From: Lytechinus pictus | Taxonomy: Eukaryota | Length of the DNA: 64,000 bases | Reading direction: 5' to 3' | Assembly: GCF_037042905.1 (NCBI RefSeq) | Contig: NC_087250.1 | Location: 11,038,001 to 11,102,000 of the forward strand | Part shown: positions 25,701 to 40,155 of the stretch, one piece after another | Position numbering within the stretch: position 1 is the stretch's first letter | How the letters are laid out: each line of letters starts with the position of its first letter | Notes under the pieces: model-generated | Seen by the model: only the letters and a program-made list of their open reading frames with translations | The model's database searches: none | What the model was told of the DNA's origin: nothing | Translations under genes and position numbers: made by a program

Positions 25701-28700
25701 CTGATCTTGAATACGTCATCAGCTATGATTGGCTGCGGATAAGTTATGGTTATTTGTGTGAATATCGTTATCAGCTAGGGCATGATATTAAGGATAACGT
25801 ACATTTTTCACCCACGGAATTCAGCCATTGCAATTCTGAAAACTGTCATAAAACTGAAAACTTGCATACAATACACCCCATACTGCGCAATCACGTACAA
25901 GCAGACTTAACTCAACTGGCGTTTGCAACTATTTTACTACCATTGACATTACGCATGTCCCCGGTCTTCGGTCTTCGTTTTCCAAACCTGTTGTTGGGTG
26001 TCTGGAAAACGAAGACAGAAGACCGGGGATTGCGTATTCGTCTAGCTAAGATAGGCCTATAATATTTAGCTCCAGTTTAAGAATATTCTGATCTTGGATA
26101 CGTCATCAGCTATGATTGGCTGCGGATAACTTATGGTTATTTGTGTGAATATCGTTATCAGCTAGGGCATGATATTAAGGATAACGTACATATTTCACCC
26201 ACGGAATTCAGCCATTGCAATTCTGAAAACTGTCATAAAACTGAAAACTTGCATACAATACACCCCATACTGCGCAATCACGTACAAGCAGACTCAACTC
26301 AACTGGCGTTTGCAACTATTTTACTACCATTGACATTACGCATGTCCCCGGTCTTCGGTCTTCGTTTTCAAAACCTGTTGTTGGGTGTCTGGAAAACGAA
26401 GACAGAAGACCGGGGATTGCGTATTCGTCTAGCTAAGATAGGCCTATAATATTTAGCTCCAGTTTAAGAATATTCTGATCTTGGATACGTCATCAGCTAT
26501 GATTGGCTGCGGATAAGTTATGGTTATTTGTGTGAATATCGTTATCAGCTAGGGCATGATATTAAGGATAACGTACATATTTCACCCACGGAATTCAGCC
26601 ATTGCAATTCCGAAAACTGTCATAAAACTGAAAACTTGCATACAATACACCTCATACTGCGCAATCACGTATAAGCAGACTCAACTCAACTGGCGTTTGC
26701 AACTATTTTACTACCATTGACATTACGCATGTCCCCGTTCTTCGGTCTTCGTTTTCCAAACCTGTTGTTGGGTGTCTGGAAAACGAAGACAGAAGACCGG
26801 GGATTGCGTATTCGTCTAGCTAAGATAGGCCTATAATATTCAGCTCCAGTTTAAGAATATTCTGATCTTGGATAAGTCATTAGCTATGGTTGGCTGCGGA
26901 TAAGTTATGGTTATTTGTGTGAATATCGTAATCAGCTAGGGCATGATTAATAAGGATAGATAGCAATTATAATGTACATATTTCACCCACGGAATTCAGC
27001 CATTGCAATTCTGAAAAATGTCATAAAACTGAAAACTTGCATACAATACACCCCATACTGCGCAATCACGTACAAGCAGACTCAACTCAACCGGCGTTTG
27101 CAACTTTTTTACTACCATTGACATTACGCATGTCCCCGGTCTTCGGTCTTCGTTTTCCAAACCTGTTGTTGGGTGTCTGGAAAACGAAGACAGAAGACCG
27201 GGGATTGCGTATTCGTCTAGCTAAGATAGGCCTATAATATTTAGCCCCAGTTTAAGAATAATCTGATCTTGAATACGTCATCAGCTATGATTGGCTGCGG
27301 ATAAGTTATGGTTATTTGTGTGAATATCGTTATCAGCTAGGGCATGATATTAAGGATAACGTACATTTTTCACCCACGGAATTCAGCCATTGCAATTCTG
27401 AAAACTGTCATAAAACTGAAAACTTGCATACAATACACCCCATACTGCGCAATCACGTACAAGCAGACTTAACTCAACTGGCGTTTGCAACTATTTTACT
27501 ACCATTGACATTACGCATGTCCCCGGTCTTCGGTCTTCGTTTTCCAAACCTGTTGTTGGGTGTCTGGAAAACGAAGACAGAAGACCGGGGATTGCGTATT
27601 CGTCTAGCTAAGATAGGCCTATAATATTTAGCTCCAGTTTAAGAATATTCTGATCTTGGATACGTCATCAGCTATGATTGGCTGCGGATAACTTATGGTT
27701 ATTTGTGTGAGTATCGTTATCAGCTAGGGCATGATATTAAGGATAACGTACATATTTCACCCACGGAATTCAGCCATTGCAATTCCGAAAACTATGAAAA
27801 CTTGCATACAATACACCTCATACTGCGCAATCACGTACAAGCAGACTCAACTCAACTGGCGTTTGCAACTATTTTACTACCATTGACATTACGCATGTCC
27901 CCGTTCTTCGGTCTTCGTTTTCCAAACCTGTTGTTGGGTGTCTGGAAAACGAAGACAGAAGACCGGGGATTGCGTATTCGTCTAGCTAAGATAGGCCTAT
28001 AATATTCAGCTCCAGTTTAAGAATATTCTGATCTTGGATAAGTCATTAGCTATGATTGGCTGCGGATAAGTTATGGTTATTTGTGTGAATATCGTAATCA
28101 GCTAGGGCATGATTAATAAGGATAGATAACAATTATAATGTACATATTTCACCCACGGAATTCAGCCATTGCAATTCTGAAAACTGTCATAAAACTGAAA
28201 ACTTGCATACAATACACCCCATACTGCGCAATCACGTACAAGCAGACTCAACTCAACCGGCGTTTGCAACTTTTTTACTACCATTGACATTACGTATGTC
28301 CCCGGTCTTCGGTCTTCGTTTTCCAAACCTGTTGTTGGGTGTCTGGAAAACGAAGACAGAAGACCGGGGATTGCGTATTCGTCTAGCTAAGATAGGCCTA
28401 TAATATTTAGCCCCAGTTTAAGAATAATCTGATCTTGGATACGTCATCAGCTATGATTGGCTGCGGATAAGTTATGGTTATTTGTGTGAATATCGTTATC
28501 AGCTAGGGCATGATATTAAGGATAACGTACATATTTCACCCACGGAATTCAGCCATTGCAATTCCGAAAACTGTCATAAAACTGAAAACTTGCATACAAT
28601 ACACCTCATACTGCGCAATCACGTACAAGCAGACTCAACTCAACTGGCGTTTGCAACTATTTTACTACCATTGACATTACGCATGTCCCCGGTCTTCGGT

Positions 28701-31700
28701 CTTCGTTTTCCAAACCTGTTGTTGGGTGTCTGGAAAACGAAGACAGAAGACCGGGGATTGCGTATTCGTCTAGCTAAGATAGGCCTATAATATTCAGCTC
28801 CAGTTTAAGAATATTCTGATCTTGGATACGTCATCAGCTATGATTGGCTGCGGATAAGTTATGGTTATTTGTGTGAATATCGTAATCAGCTAGGGCATGA
28901 TTAATAAGGATAGATAACAATTATAATGTACATATTTCACCCACGGAATTCAGCCATTGCAATTCTGAAAACTGTCATAAAACTGAAAACTTGCATACAA
29001 TACACCCCATACTGCGCAATCACGTACAAGCAGACTCAACTCAACCGGCGTTTGCAACTTTTTTACTACCATTGACATTACGCATGTCCCCGGTCTTCGG
29101 TCTTCGTTTTCCAAACCTGTTGTTGGGTGTCTGGAAAACGAAGACAGAAGACCGGGGATTGCGTATTCGTCTAGCTAAGATAGGCCTATAATATTCAGCT
29201 CCAGTTTAAGAATATTCTGATCTTGGATACGTCATCAGCTATGATTGGCTGCGGATAAGTTATGGTTATTTGTGTGAATATCGTTATCAGCTAGGGCATG
29301 ATATTAAGGATAACGTACATATTTCACCCACGGAATTCAGCCGTTGCAATTCTGAAAACTGTCATAAAACTGAAAACTTGCATACAATACACCTCATACT
29401 GCGCAATCACGTACAAGCAGACTCAACTCAACTGGCGTTTGCAACTATTTTACTACCATTGACATTACGCATGTCCCCGGTCTTCGGTCTTCGTTTTCCA
29501 AACCTGTTGTTGGGTGTCTGGAAAACGAAGACAGAAGACCGGGGATTGCGTATTCGTCTAGCTAAGAGAAGGCCTATAATATTCAGCTCCAGTTTAAGAA
29601 TATTCTGATCTTGGATACGTCATCAGCTATGATTGGCTGCGGATAAGTTATGGTTATTTGTGTGAATATCGTAATCAGCTAGGGCATGATTAATAAGGAT
29701 AGATAACAATTATAATGTACATATTTCACCCACGGAATTCAGCCATTGCAATTCTGAAAACTTGCATACAATACACCCCATACTGCGCAATCACGTACAA
29801 GCAGACTCAACTCAACTGGCGTTTGCAACTTTTTTACTACCATTGACATTACGCATGTCCCCGGTCTTCGGTCTTCGTTTTCCAAACCTGTTGTTGGGTG
29901 TCTGGAAAACGAAGACAGAAGACCGGGGATTGCGTATTCGTCTAGCTAAGATAGGCCTATAATATTTAGCTCCAGTTTAAGAATATTCTGATCTTGGATA
30001 CGTCATCAGCTATGATTGGCTGCGGATAACTTATGGTTATTTGTGTGAATATCGTTATCAGCTAGGGCATGATATTAAGGATAACGTACATATTTCACCC
30101 ACGGAATTCAGCCATTGCAATTCCGAAAACTGTCATAAAACTGAAAACTTGCATACAATACACCTCATACTGCGCAATCACGTACAAGCAGACTCAACTC
30201 AACTGGCGTTTGCAACTATTTTACTACCATTGACATTACGCATGTCCCCGTTCTTCGGTCTTCGTTTTCCAAACCTGTTGTTGGGTGTCTGGAAAACGAA
30301 AACAGAAGACCGGGGATTGCGTATTCGTCTAGCTAAGATAGGCCTATAATATTCAGCTCCAGTTTAAGAATATTCTGATCTTGGATAAGTCATTAGCTAT
30401 GATTGGCTGCGGATAAGTTATGGTTATTTGTGTGAATATCGTAATCAGCTAGGGCATGATTAATAAGGATAGATAACAATTATAATGTACATATTTCACC
30501 CACGGAATTCAGCCATTGCAATTCTGAAAACTGTCATAAAACTGAAAACTTGCATACAATACACCCCATACTGCGCAATCACGTACAAGCAGACTCAACT
30601 CAACCGGCGTTTGCAACTTTTTTACTACCATTGACATTACGCATGTCCCCGGTCTTCGGTCTTCGTTTTCCAAACCTGTTGTTGGGTGTCTGGAAAACGA
30701 AGACAGAAGACCGGGGATTGCGTATTCGTCTAGCTAAGATAGGCCTATAATATTTAGCCCCAGTTTAAGAATATTCTGATCTTGGATACGTCATCAGCTA
30801 TGATTGGCTGCGGATAAGTTATGGTTATTTGTGTGAATATCGTTATCAGCTAGGGCATGATATTAAGGATAACGTACATATTTCACCCACGGAATTCAGC
30901 CATTGCAATTCCGAAAACTGTCATAAAACTGAAAACTTGCATACAATACACCTCATACTGCGCAATCACGTACAAGCAGACTCAACTCAACTAGCGTTTG
31001 CAACTATTTTACTACCATTGACATTACGCATGTCCCCGGTCTTCGGTCTTCGTTTTCCATACCTGTTGTTGGGTGTCTGGAAAACGAAGACAGAAGACCG
31101 GGGATTGCGTATTCGTCTAGCTAAGATAGGCCTATAATATTCAGCTCCAGTTTAAGAATAATCTGATCTTGGATACGTCATCAGCTATGATTGGCTGCGG
31201 ATAAGTTATGGTTATTTGTGTGAATATCGTAATCAGCTAGGGCATGATTAATAAGGATAGATAACAATTATAATGTACATATTTCACCCACGGAATTCAG
31301 CCATTGCAATTCTGAAAACTGTCATAAAACTGAAAACTTGCATACAATACACCCCATACTGCGCAATCACGTACAAGCAGACTCAACTCAACCGGCGTTT
31401 GCAACTTTTTTACTACCATTGACATTACGCATGTCCCCGGTCTTCGGTCTTCGTTTTCCAAACCTGTTGTTGGGTGTCTGGAAAACGAAGACAGAAGACC
31501 GGGGATTGCGTATTCGTCTAGCTAAGAGAAGGCCTATAATATTCAGCTCCAGTTTAAGAATATTCTGATCTTGGATACGTCATCAGCTATGATTGGCTGC
31601 GGATAAGTTATGGTTATTTGTGTGAATATCGTAATCAGCTAGGGCATGATTAATAATGATAGATAACAATTATAATGTACATATTTCACCCACGGAATTC

Positions 31701-34700
31701 AGCCATTGCAATTCTGAAAACTGTCATAAAACTGAAAACTTGCATACAATACACCCCATACTGCGCAATCACGTACAAGCAGACTCAACTCAACTGGCGT
31801 TTGCAACTTTTTTACTACCATTGACATTACGCATGTCCCCGGTCTTCGGTCTTCGTTTTCCAAACCTGTTGTTGGGTGTCTGGAAAACGAAGACAGAAGA
31901 CCGGGGATTGCGTATTCGTCTAGCTAAGATAGGCCTATAATATTTAGCCCCAGTTTAAGAATATTCTGATCTTGGATACGTCATCAGCTATGATTGGCTG
32001 CGGATAAGTTATGGTTATTTGTGTGAATATCGTTATCAGCTAGGGCATGATATTAAGGATAACGTACATATTTCACCCACGGAATTCAGCCATTGCAATT
32101 CCGAAAACTGTCATAAAACTGAAAACTTGCATACAATACACCCCATACTGCGCAATCACGTACAAGCAGACTCAACTCAACCGGCGTTTGCAACTTTTTT
32201 ACTACCATTGACATTACGCATGTCCCCGGTCTTCGGTCTTCGTTTTCCAAACCTGTTGTTGGGTGTCTGGAAAACGAAGACAGAAGACCGGGGATTGCGT
32301 ATTCGTCTAGCTAAGAGAAGGCCTATAATATTCAGCTCCAGTTTAAGAATATTCTGATCTTGGATACGTCATCAGCTATGATTGGCTGCGGATAAGTTAT
32401 GGTTATTTGTGTGAATATCGTAATCAGCTAGGGCATGATTAATAAGGATAGATAACAATTATAATGTACATATTTCACCCACGGAATTCAGCCATTGCAA
32501 TTCTGAAAACTGTCATAAAACTGAAAACTTGCATACAATACACCCCATACTGCGCAATCACGTACAAGCAGACTCAACTCAACCGGCGTTTGCAACTTTT
32601 TTACTACCATTGACATTACGCATGTCCCCGGTCTTCGGTCTTCGTTTTCCAAACCTGTTGTTGGGTGTCTGGAAAACGAAGACAGAAGACCGGGGATTGC
32701 GTATTCGTCTAGCTAAGAGAAGGCCTATAATATTCAGCTCCAGTTTAAGAATATTCTGATCTTGGATACGTCATCAGCTATGATTGGCTGCGGATAAGTT
32801 ATGGTTATTTGTGTGAATATCGTAATCAGCTAGGGCATGATTAATAAGGATAGATAACAATTATAATGTACATATTTCACCCACGGAATTCAGCCATTGC
32901 AATTCTGAAAACTGTCATAAAACTGAAAACTTGCATACAATACACCCCATACTGCGCAATCACGTACAAGCAGACTCAACTCAACTGGCGTTTGCAACTT
33001 TTTTACTACCATTGACATTACGCATGTCCCCGGTCTTCGGTCTTCGTTTTCCAAACCTGTTGTTGGGTGTCTGGAAAACGAAGACAGAAGACCGGGGATT
33101 GCGTATTCGTCTAGCTAAGATAGGCCTATAATATTTAGCTCCAGTTTAAGAATATTCTGATCTTGGATACGTCATCAGCTATGATTGGCTGCGGATAACT
33201 TATGGTTATTTGTGTGAATATCGTTATCAGCTAGGGCATGATATTAAGGATAACGTACATATTTCACCCACGGAATTCAGCCATTGCAATTCCGAAAACT
33301 GTCATAAAACTGAAAACTTGCATACAATACACCTCATACTGCGCAATCACGTACAAGCAGACTCAACTCAACTGGCGTTTGCAACTATTTTACTACCATT
33401 GACATTACGCATGTCCCCGTTCTTCGGTCTTCGTTTTCCAAACCTGTTGTTGGGTGTCTGGAAAACGAAGACAGAAGACCGGGGATTGCGTATTCGTCTA
33501 GCTAAGATAGGCCTATAATATTCAGCTCCAGTTTAAGAATATTCTGATCTTGGATAAGTCATTAGCTATGATTGGCTGCGGATAAGTTATGGTTATTTGT
33601 GTGAATATCGTAATCAGCTAGGGCATGATTAATAAGGATAGATAACAATTATAATGTACATATTTCACCCACGGAATTCAGCCATTGCAATTCTGAAAAC
33701 TGTCATGAAACTGAAAACTTGCATACAATACACCCCATACTGCGCAATCACGTACAAGCAGACTCAACTCAACCGGCGTTTGCAACTTTTTTACTACCAT
33801 TGACATTACGCATGTCCCCGGTCTTCGGTCTTCGTTTTCCAAACCTGTTGTTGGGTGTCTGGAAAACGAAGACAGAAGACCGGGGATTGCGTATTCGTCT
33901 AGCTAAGATAGGCCTATAATATTTAGCCCCAGTTTAAGAATATTCTGATCTTGGATACGTCATCAGCTATGATTGGCTGCGGATAAGTTATGGTTATTTG
34001 TGTGAATATCGTTATCAGCTAGGGCATGATATTAAGGATAACGTACATATTTCACCCACGGAATTCAGCCATTGCAATTCCGAAAACTGTCATAAAACTG
34101 AAAACTTGCATACAATACACCTCATACTGCGCAATCACGTACAAGCAGACTCAACTCAACTAGCGTTTGCAACTATTTTACTACCATTGACATTACGCAT
34201 GTCCCCGGTCTTCGGTCTTCGTTTTCCATACCTGTTGTTGGGTGTCTGGAAAACGAAGACAGAAGACCGGGGATTGCGTATTCGTCTAGCTAAGATAGGC
34301 CTATAATATTCAGCTCCAGTTTAAGAATAATCTGATCTTGGATACGTCATCAGCTATGATTGGCTGCGGATAAGTTATGGTTATTTGTGTGAATATCGTA
34401 ATCAGCTAGGGCATGATTAATAAGGATAGATAACAATTATAATGTACATATTTCACCCACGGAATTCAGCCATTGCAATTCTGAAAACTGTCATAAAACT
34501 GAAAACTTGCATACAATACACCCCATACTGCGCAATCACGTACAAGCAGACTCAACTCAACCGGCGTTTGCAACTTTTTTACTACCATTGACATTACGCA
34601 TGTCCCCGGTCTTCGGTCTTCGTTTTCCAAACCTGTTGTTGGGTGTCTGGAAAACGAAGACAGAAGGCCGGGGATTGCGTATTCGTCTAGCTAAGATAGG

Positions 34701-37700
34701 CCTATAATATTTAGCCCCAGTTTAAGAATAATCTGATCTTGGATACGTCATCAGCTATGATTGGCTGCGGATAAGTTATGGTTATTTGTGTGAATATCGT
34801 TATCAGCTAGGGCATGATATTAAGGATAACGTACATATTTCACCCACGGAATTCAGCCATTGCAATTCCGAAAACTGTCATAAAACTGAAAACTTGCATA
34901 CAATACACCTCATACTGCGCAATCACGTACAAGCAGACTCAACTCAACTGGCGTTTGCAACTATTTTACTACCATTGACATTACGCATGTCCCCGGTCTT
35001 CGGTCTTCGTTTTCCAAACCTGTTGTTGGGTGTCTGGAAAACGAAGACAGAAGACCGGGGATTGCGTATTCGTCTAGCTAAGATAGGCCTATAATATTCA
35101 GCTCCAGTTTAAGAATATTCTGATCTTGGATACGTCATCAGCTATGATTGGCTGCGGATAAGTTATGGTTATTTGTGTGAATATCGTAATCAGCTAGGGC
35201 ATGATTAATAAGGATAGATAACAATTATAATGTACATATTTCACCCACGGAATTCAGCCATTGCAATTCTGAAAACTGTCATAAAACTGAAAACTTGCAT
35301 ACAATACACCCCATACTGCGCAATCACGTACAAGCAGACTCAACTCAACCGGCGTTTGCAACTTTTTTACTACCATTGACATTACGCATGTCCCCGGTCT
35401 TCGGTCTTCGTTTTCCAAACCTGTTGTTGGGTGTCTGGAAAACGAAGACAGAAGACCGGGGATTGCGTATTCGTCTAGCTAAGATAGGTCTATAATATTC
35501 AGCTCCAGTTTTAGAATATTCTGATCTTGGATACGTCATCAGCTATGATTGGCTGCGGATAAGTTATGGTTATTTGTGTGAATATCGTTATCAGCTAGGG
35601 CATGATATTAAGGATAACGTACATATTTCACCCACGGAATTCAGCCGTTGCAATTCTGAAAACTGTCATAAAACTGAAAACTTGCATACAATACACCTCA
35701 TACTGCGCAATCACGTACAAGCAGACTCAACTCAACTGGCGTTTGCAACTATTTTACTACCATTGACATTACGCATGTCCCCGGTCTTCGGTCTTCGTTT
35801 TCCAAACCTGTTGTTGGGTATCTGGAAAACGAAGACAGAAGACCGGGGATTGCGTATTCGTCTAGCTAAGAGAAGGCCTATAATATTCAGCTCCAGTTTA
35901 AGAATATTCTGATCTTGGATACGTCATCAGCTATGATTGGCTGCGGATAAGTTATGGTTATTTGTGTGAATATCGTAATCAGCTAGGGCATGATTAATAA
36001 GGATAGATAACAATTATAATGTACATATTTCACCCACGGAATTCAGCCATTGCAATTCTGAAAACTGTCATAAAACTGAAAACTTGCATACAATACACCC
36101 CATACTGCGCAACCACGTACAAGCAGACTCAACTCAACTGGCGTTTGCAACTATTTTACTACCATTGACATTACGCATGTCCCCGGTCTTCGGTCTTCGT
36201 TTTCCAAACCTGTTGTTGGGTGTCTGGAAAACGAAGACAGAAGACCGGGGATTGCGTATTCGTCTAGCTAAGATAGGCCTATAATATTTAGCCCCATTTT
36301 AAGAATATTCTGATCTTGGATACGTCATCAGCTATGATTGGCTGCGGATAACTTATGGTTATTTGTGTGAATATCGTTATCAGCTAGGGCATGATATTAA
36401 GGATAACGTACATATTTTACCAACGGAATTCAGCCATTGCAATTCCGAAAACTGTCATAAAACTGAAAACTTGCATACAATACACCTCATACTGCGCAAT
36501 CACGTACAAGCAGACTCAACTCAACTGGCGTTTGCAACTATTTTACTACCATTGACATTACGCATGTCCCCGTTCTTCGGTCTTCGTTTTCCAAACCTGT
36601 TGTTGGGTGTCTAGAAAACGAAGACAGAAGACCGGGGATTGCGTATTCGTCTAGCTAAGATAGGCCTATAATATTCAGCTCCAGTTTAAGAATATTCTGA
36701 TCTTGGATACGTCATCAGCTATGATTGGCTGCGGATAAGTTATGGTTATTTGTGTGAATATCGTAATCAGCTAGGGCATGATTAATAAGGATAGATAACA
36801 ATTATAATGTACATATTTCACCCACGGAATTCAGCCATTGCAATTCTGAAAACTGTCATAAAACTGAAAACTTGCATACAATACACCCCATACTGCGCAA
36901 TCACGTACAAGCAGACTCAACTCAACCGGCGTTTGCAACTTTTTTACTACCATTGACATTACGCATGTCCCCGGTCTTCGGTCTTCGTTTTCCAAACCTG
37001 TTGTTGGGTGTCTGGAAAACGAAGACAGAAGACCGGGGATTGCGTATTCGTCTAGCTAAGATAGGCCTATAATATTCAGCTCCAGTTTAAGAATATTCTG
37101 ATCTTGGATACGTCATCAGCTATGATTGGCTGCGGATAAGTTATGGTTATTTGTGTGAATATCGTTATCAGCTAGGGCATGATATTAAGGATAACGTACA
37201 TATTTCACCCACGGAATTCAGCCGTTGCAATTCTGAAAACTGTCATAAAACTGAAAACTTGCATACAATACACCTCATACTGCGCAATCACGTACAAGCA
37301 GACTCAACTCAACTGGCGTTTGCAACTATTTTACTACCATTGACATTACGCATGTCCCCGGTCTTCGGTCTTCGTTTTCCAAACCTGTTGTTGGGTGTCT
37401 GGAAAACGAAGACAGAAGACCGGGGATTGCGTATTCGTCTAGCTAAGAGAATGCCTATAATATTCAGCTCCAGTTTAAGAATATTCTGATCTTGGATACG
37501 TCATCAGCTATGATTGGCTGCGGATAAGTTATGGTTATTTGTGTGAATATCGTAATCAGCTAGTGCATGATTAATAAGGATAGATAACAATTATAATGTA
37601 CATATTTCACCCACGGAATTCAGCCATTGCAATTCTGAAAACTGTCATAAAACTGAAAACTTGCATACAATACACCCCATACTGCGCAATCACGTACAAG

Positions 37701-39920
37701 CAGACTCAACTCAACTGGCGTTTGCAACTATTTTACTACCATTGACATTACGCATGTCCCCGGTCTTCGGTCTTCGTTTTCCAAACCTGTTGTTGGGTGT
37801 CTGGAAAACGAAGACAGAAGACCGGGGATTGCGTATTCGTCTAGCTAAGATAGGCCTATAATATTTAGCCCCAGTTTAAGAATATTCTGATCTTGGATAC
37901 GTCATCAGCTATGATTGGCTGCGGATAACTTATGGTTATTTGTGTGAATATCGTTATCAGCTAGGGCATGATATTAAGGATAACGTACATATTTTACCAA
38001 CGGAATTCAGCCATTGCAATTCCGAAAACTGTCATGAAACTGAAAACTTGCATACAATACACCTCATACTGCGCAATCACGTACAAGCAGACTCAACTCA
38101 ACTGGCGTTTGCAACTATTTTACTACCATTGACATTACGCATGTCCCCGGTCTTCGGTCTTCGTTTTCCAAACCTGTTGTTGGGTGTCTGGAAAACGAAG
38201 ACAGAAGACCGGGGATTGCGTATTCGTCTAGCTAAGAGAAGGCCTATAATATTCAGCTCCAGTTTAAGAATATTCTGATCTTGGATACGTCATCAGCTAT
38301 GATTGGCTGCGGATAACTTATGGTTATTTGTGTGAATATCGTTATCAGCTAGGGCATGATATTAAGGATAACGTACATATTTTACCAACGGAATTCAGCC
38401 ATTGCAATTCCGAAAACTGTCATGAAACTGAAAACTTGCATACAATACACCTCATACTGCGCAATCACGTACAAGCAGACTCAACTCAACTGGCGTTTGC
38501 AACTATTTTACTACCATTGACATTACGCATGTCCCCGGTCTTCGGTCTTCGTTTTCCAAACCTGTTGTTGGGTGTCTGGAAAACGAAGACAGAAGACCGG
38601 GGATTGCGTATTCGTCTAGCTAAGAGAAGGCCTATAATATTCAGCTCCAGTTTAAGAATATTCTGATCTTGGATACGTCATCAGCTATGATTGGCTGCGG
38701 ATAAGTTATGGTTATTTGTGTGAATATCGTAATCAGCTAGGGCATGATTAATAAGGATAGATAACAATTATAATGTACATATTTCACCCACGGAATTCAG
38801 CCATTGCAATTCTGAAAACTGTCATAAAACTGAAAACTTGCATACAATACACCCCATACTGCGCAATCACGTACAAGCAGACTCAACTCAACTGGCGTTT
38901 GCAACTATTTTACTACCATTGACATTACGCATGTCCCCGGTCTTCGGTCTTCGTTTTCCAAACCTGTTGTTGGGTGTCTGGAAAACGAAGACAGAAGACC
39001 GGGGATTGCGTATTCGTCTAGCTAAGATAGGCCTATAATATTTAGCCCCAGTTTAAGAATATTCTGATCTTGGATACGTCATCAGCTATGATTGGCTGCG
39101 GATAACTTATGGTTATTTGTGTGAATATCGTTATCAGCTAGGGCATGATATTAAGGATAACGTACATATTTTACCAACGGAATTCAGCCATTGCAATTCC
39201 GAAAACTGTCATAAAACTGAAAACTTGCATACAATACACCTCATACTGCGCAATCACGTACAAGCAGACTCAACTCAACTGGCGTTTGCAACTATTTTAC
39301 TACCATTGACATTACGCATGTCCCCGTTCTTCGGTCTTCGTTTTCCAAACCTGTTGTTGGGTGTCTGGAAAACGAAGACAGAAGACCGGGGATTGCGTAT
39401 TCGTCTAGCTAAGATAGGCCTATAATATTCAGCTCCAGTTTAAGAATATTCTGATCTTGGATAAGTCATTAGCTATGATTGGCTGCGGATAAGTTATGGT
39501 TATTTGTGTGAATATCGTTATCAGCTAGGGCATGATTAATAAGGATAGATAACAATTATAATGTACATATTTCACCCACGGAATTCAGCCATTGCAATTC
39601 TGAAAACTGTCATAAAACTGAAAACTTGCATACAATACACCCCATACTGCGCAATCACGTACAAGCAGACTCAACTCAACTGGCGTTTGCAACTATTTTA
39701 CTACTATTGACATTACGCATGTCCCCGGTCTTCGGTCTTCGTTTTCCAAACCTGTTGTTGGGTGTCTGGAAAACGAAGACAGAAAACCGGGGATTGCGTA
39801 TTCGTCTAGCTAAGATAGGCCTTTAATATTCAGCACCAGTTCAAGAATATTCTGATCTTGGATACGTCATCAGCTATGATTGGCTGCCGAAAAGTTATGG
39901 TTATTTGTGTGAATATCGTT
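10760..39920 (+). repeat. Satellite array of ~74 monomers, 387 bp (short) and 401 bp (long), with higher-order repeats
   Basis: Recurrent ORF ends are spaced 387/388 and 401/402 bp apart. Long monomers read GCATGATTAATAAGGATAGATAACAATTATAATGTAC and short ones GCATGATATTAAGGATAACGTAC. Monomers otherwise differ by only a few SNVs or indels. Confidence 0.98.
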
Positions 39921-40155
39921 CACATCCAAGATGACGAGATACGATATCTCGCCAAGTCGACTTATAAAAGGTCATAGATGTCGACATGGCATAATTAAGT
40001 TTCTCGCCAAGTCGATGGCAATTAAAACATGTAAAAGGGATGGTCCTGGCTGAAAATATTTATATCTTAATACATAGAGTAGAATTCACTGAGCAATGTG
40101 CCGAAATTTTTTTCAATCGGATAACAAGTAAACAGTTATTGAAGTTTAAAGTTTA

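Noticed and set aside
10147..39790. CRISPR array (palindromic repeat plus spacers)
   Set aside because: The repeat (70 bp) and spacers (>300 bp) are far too long, the spacers are near-identical, there are no cas genes, and the context is eukaryotic.
10963..39826. About 70 near-identical 66-112 aa ORFs suggesting a tandem gene family
   Set aside because: They are satellite read-outs. Their listed starts are TTG codons, ORF length changes with monomer indels, some monomers carry stops, and there is no recognisable domain.
10760..39920. Tandem RNA-gene cluster (5S, tRNA, snRNA or SL RNA)
   Set aside because: I recognised no 5S, tRNA or snRNA sequence, A/B boxes or Sm site in the monomer. An Rfam/Infernal search would settle this.
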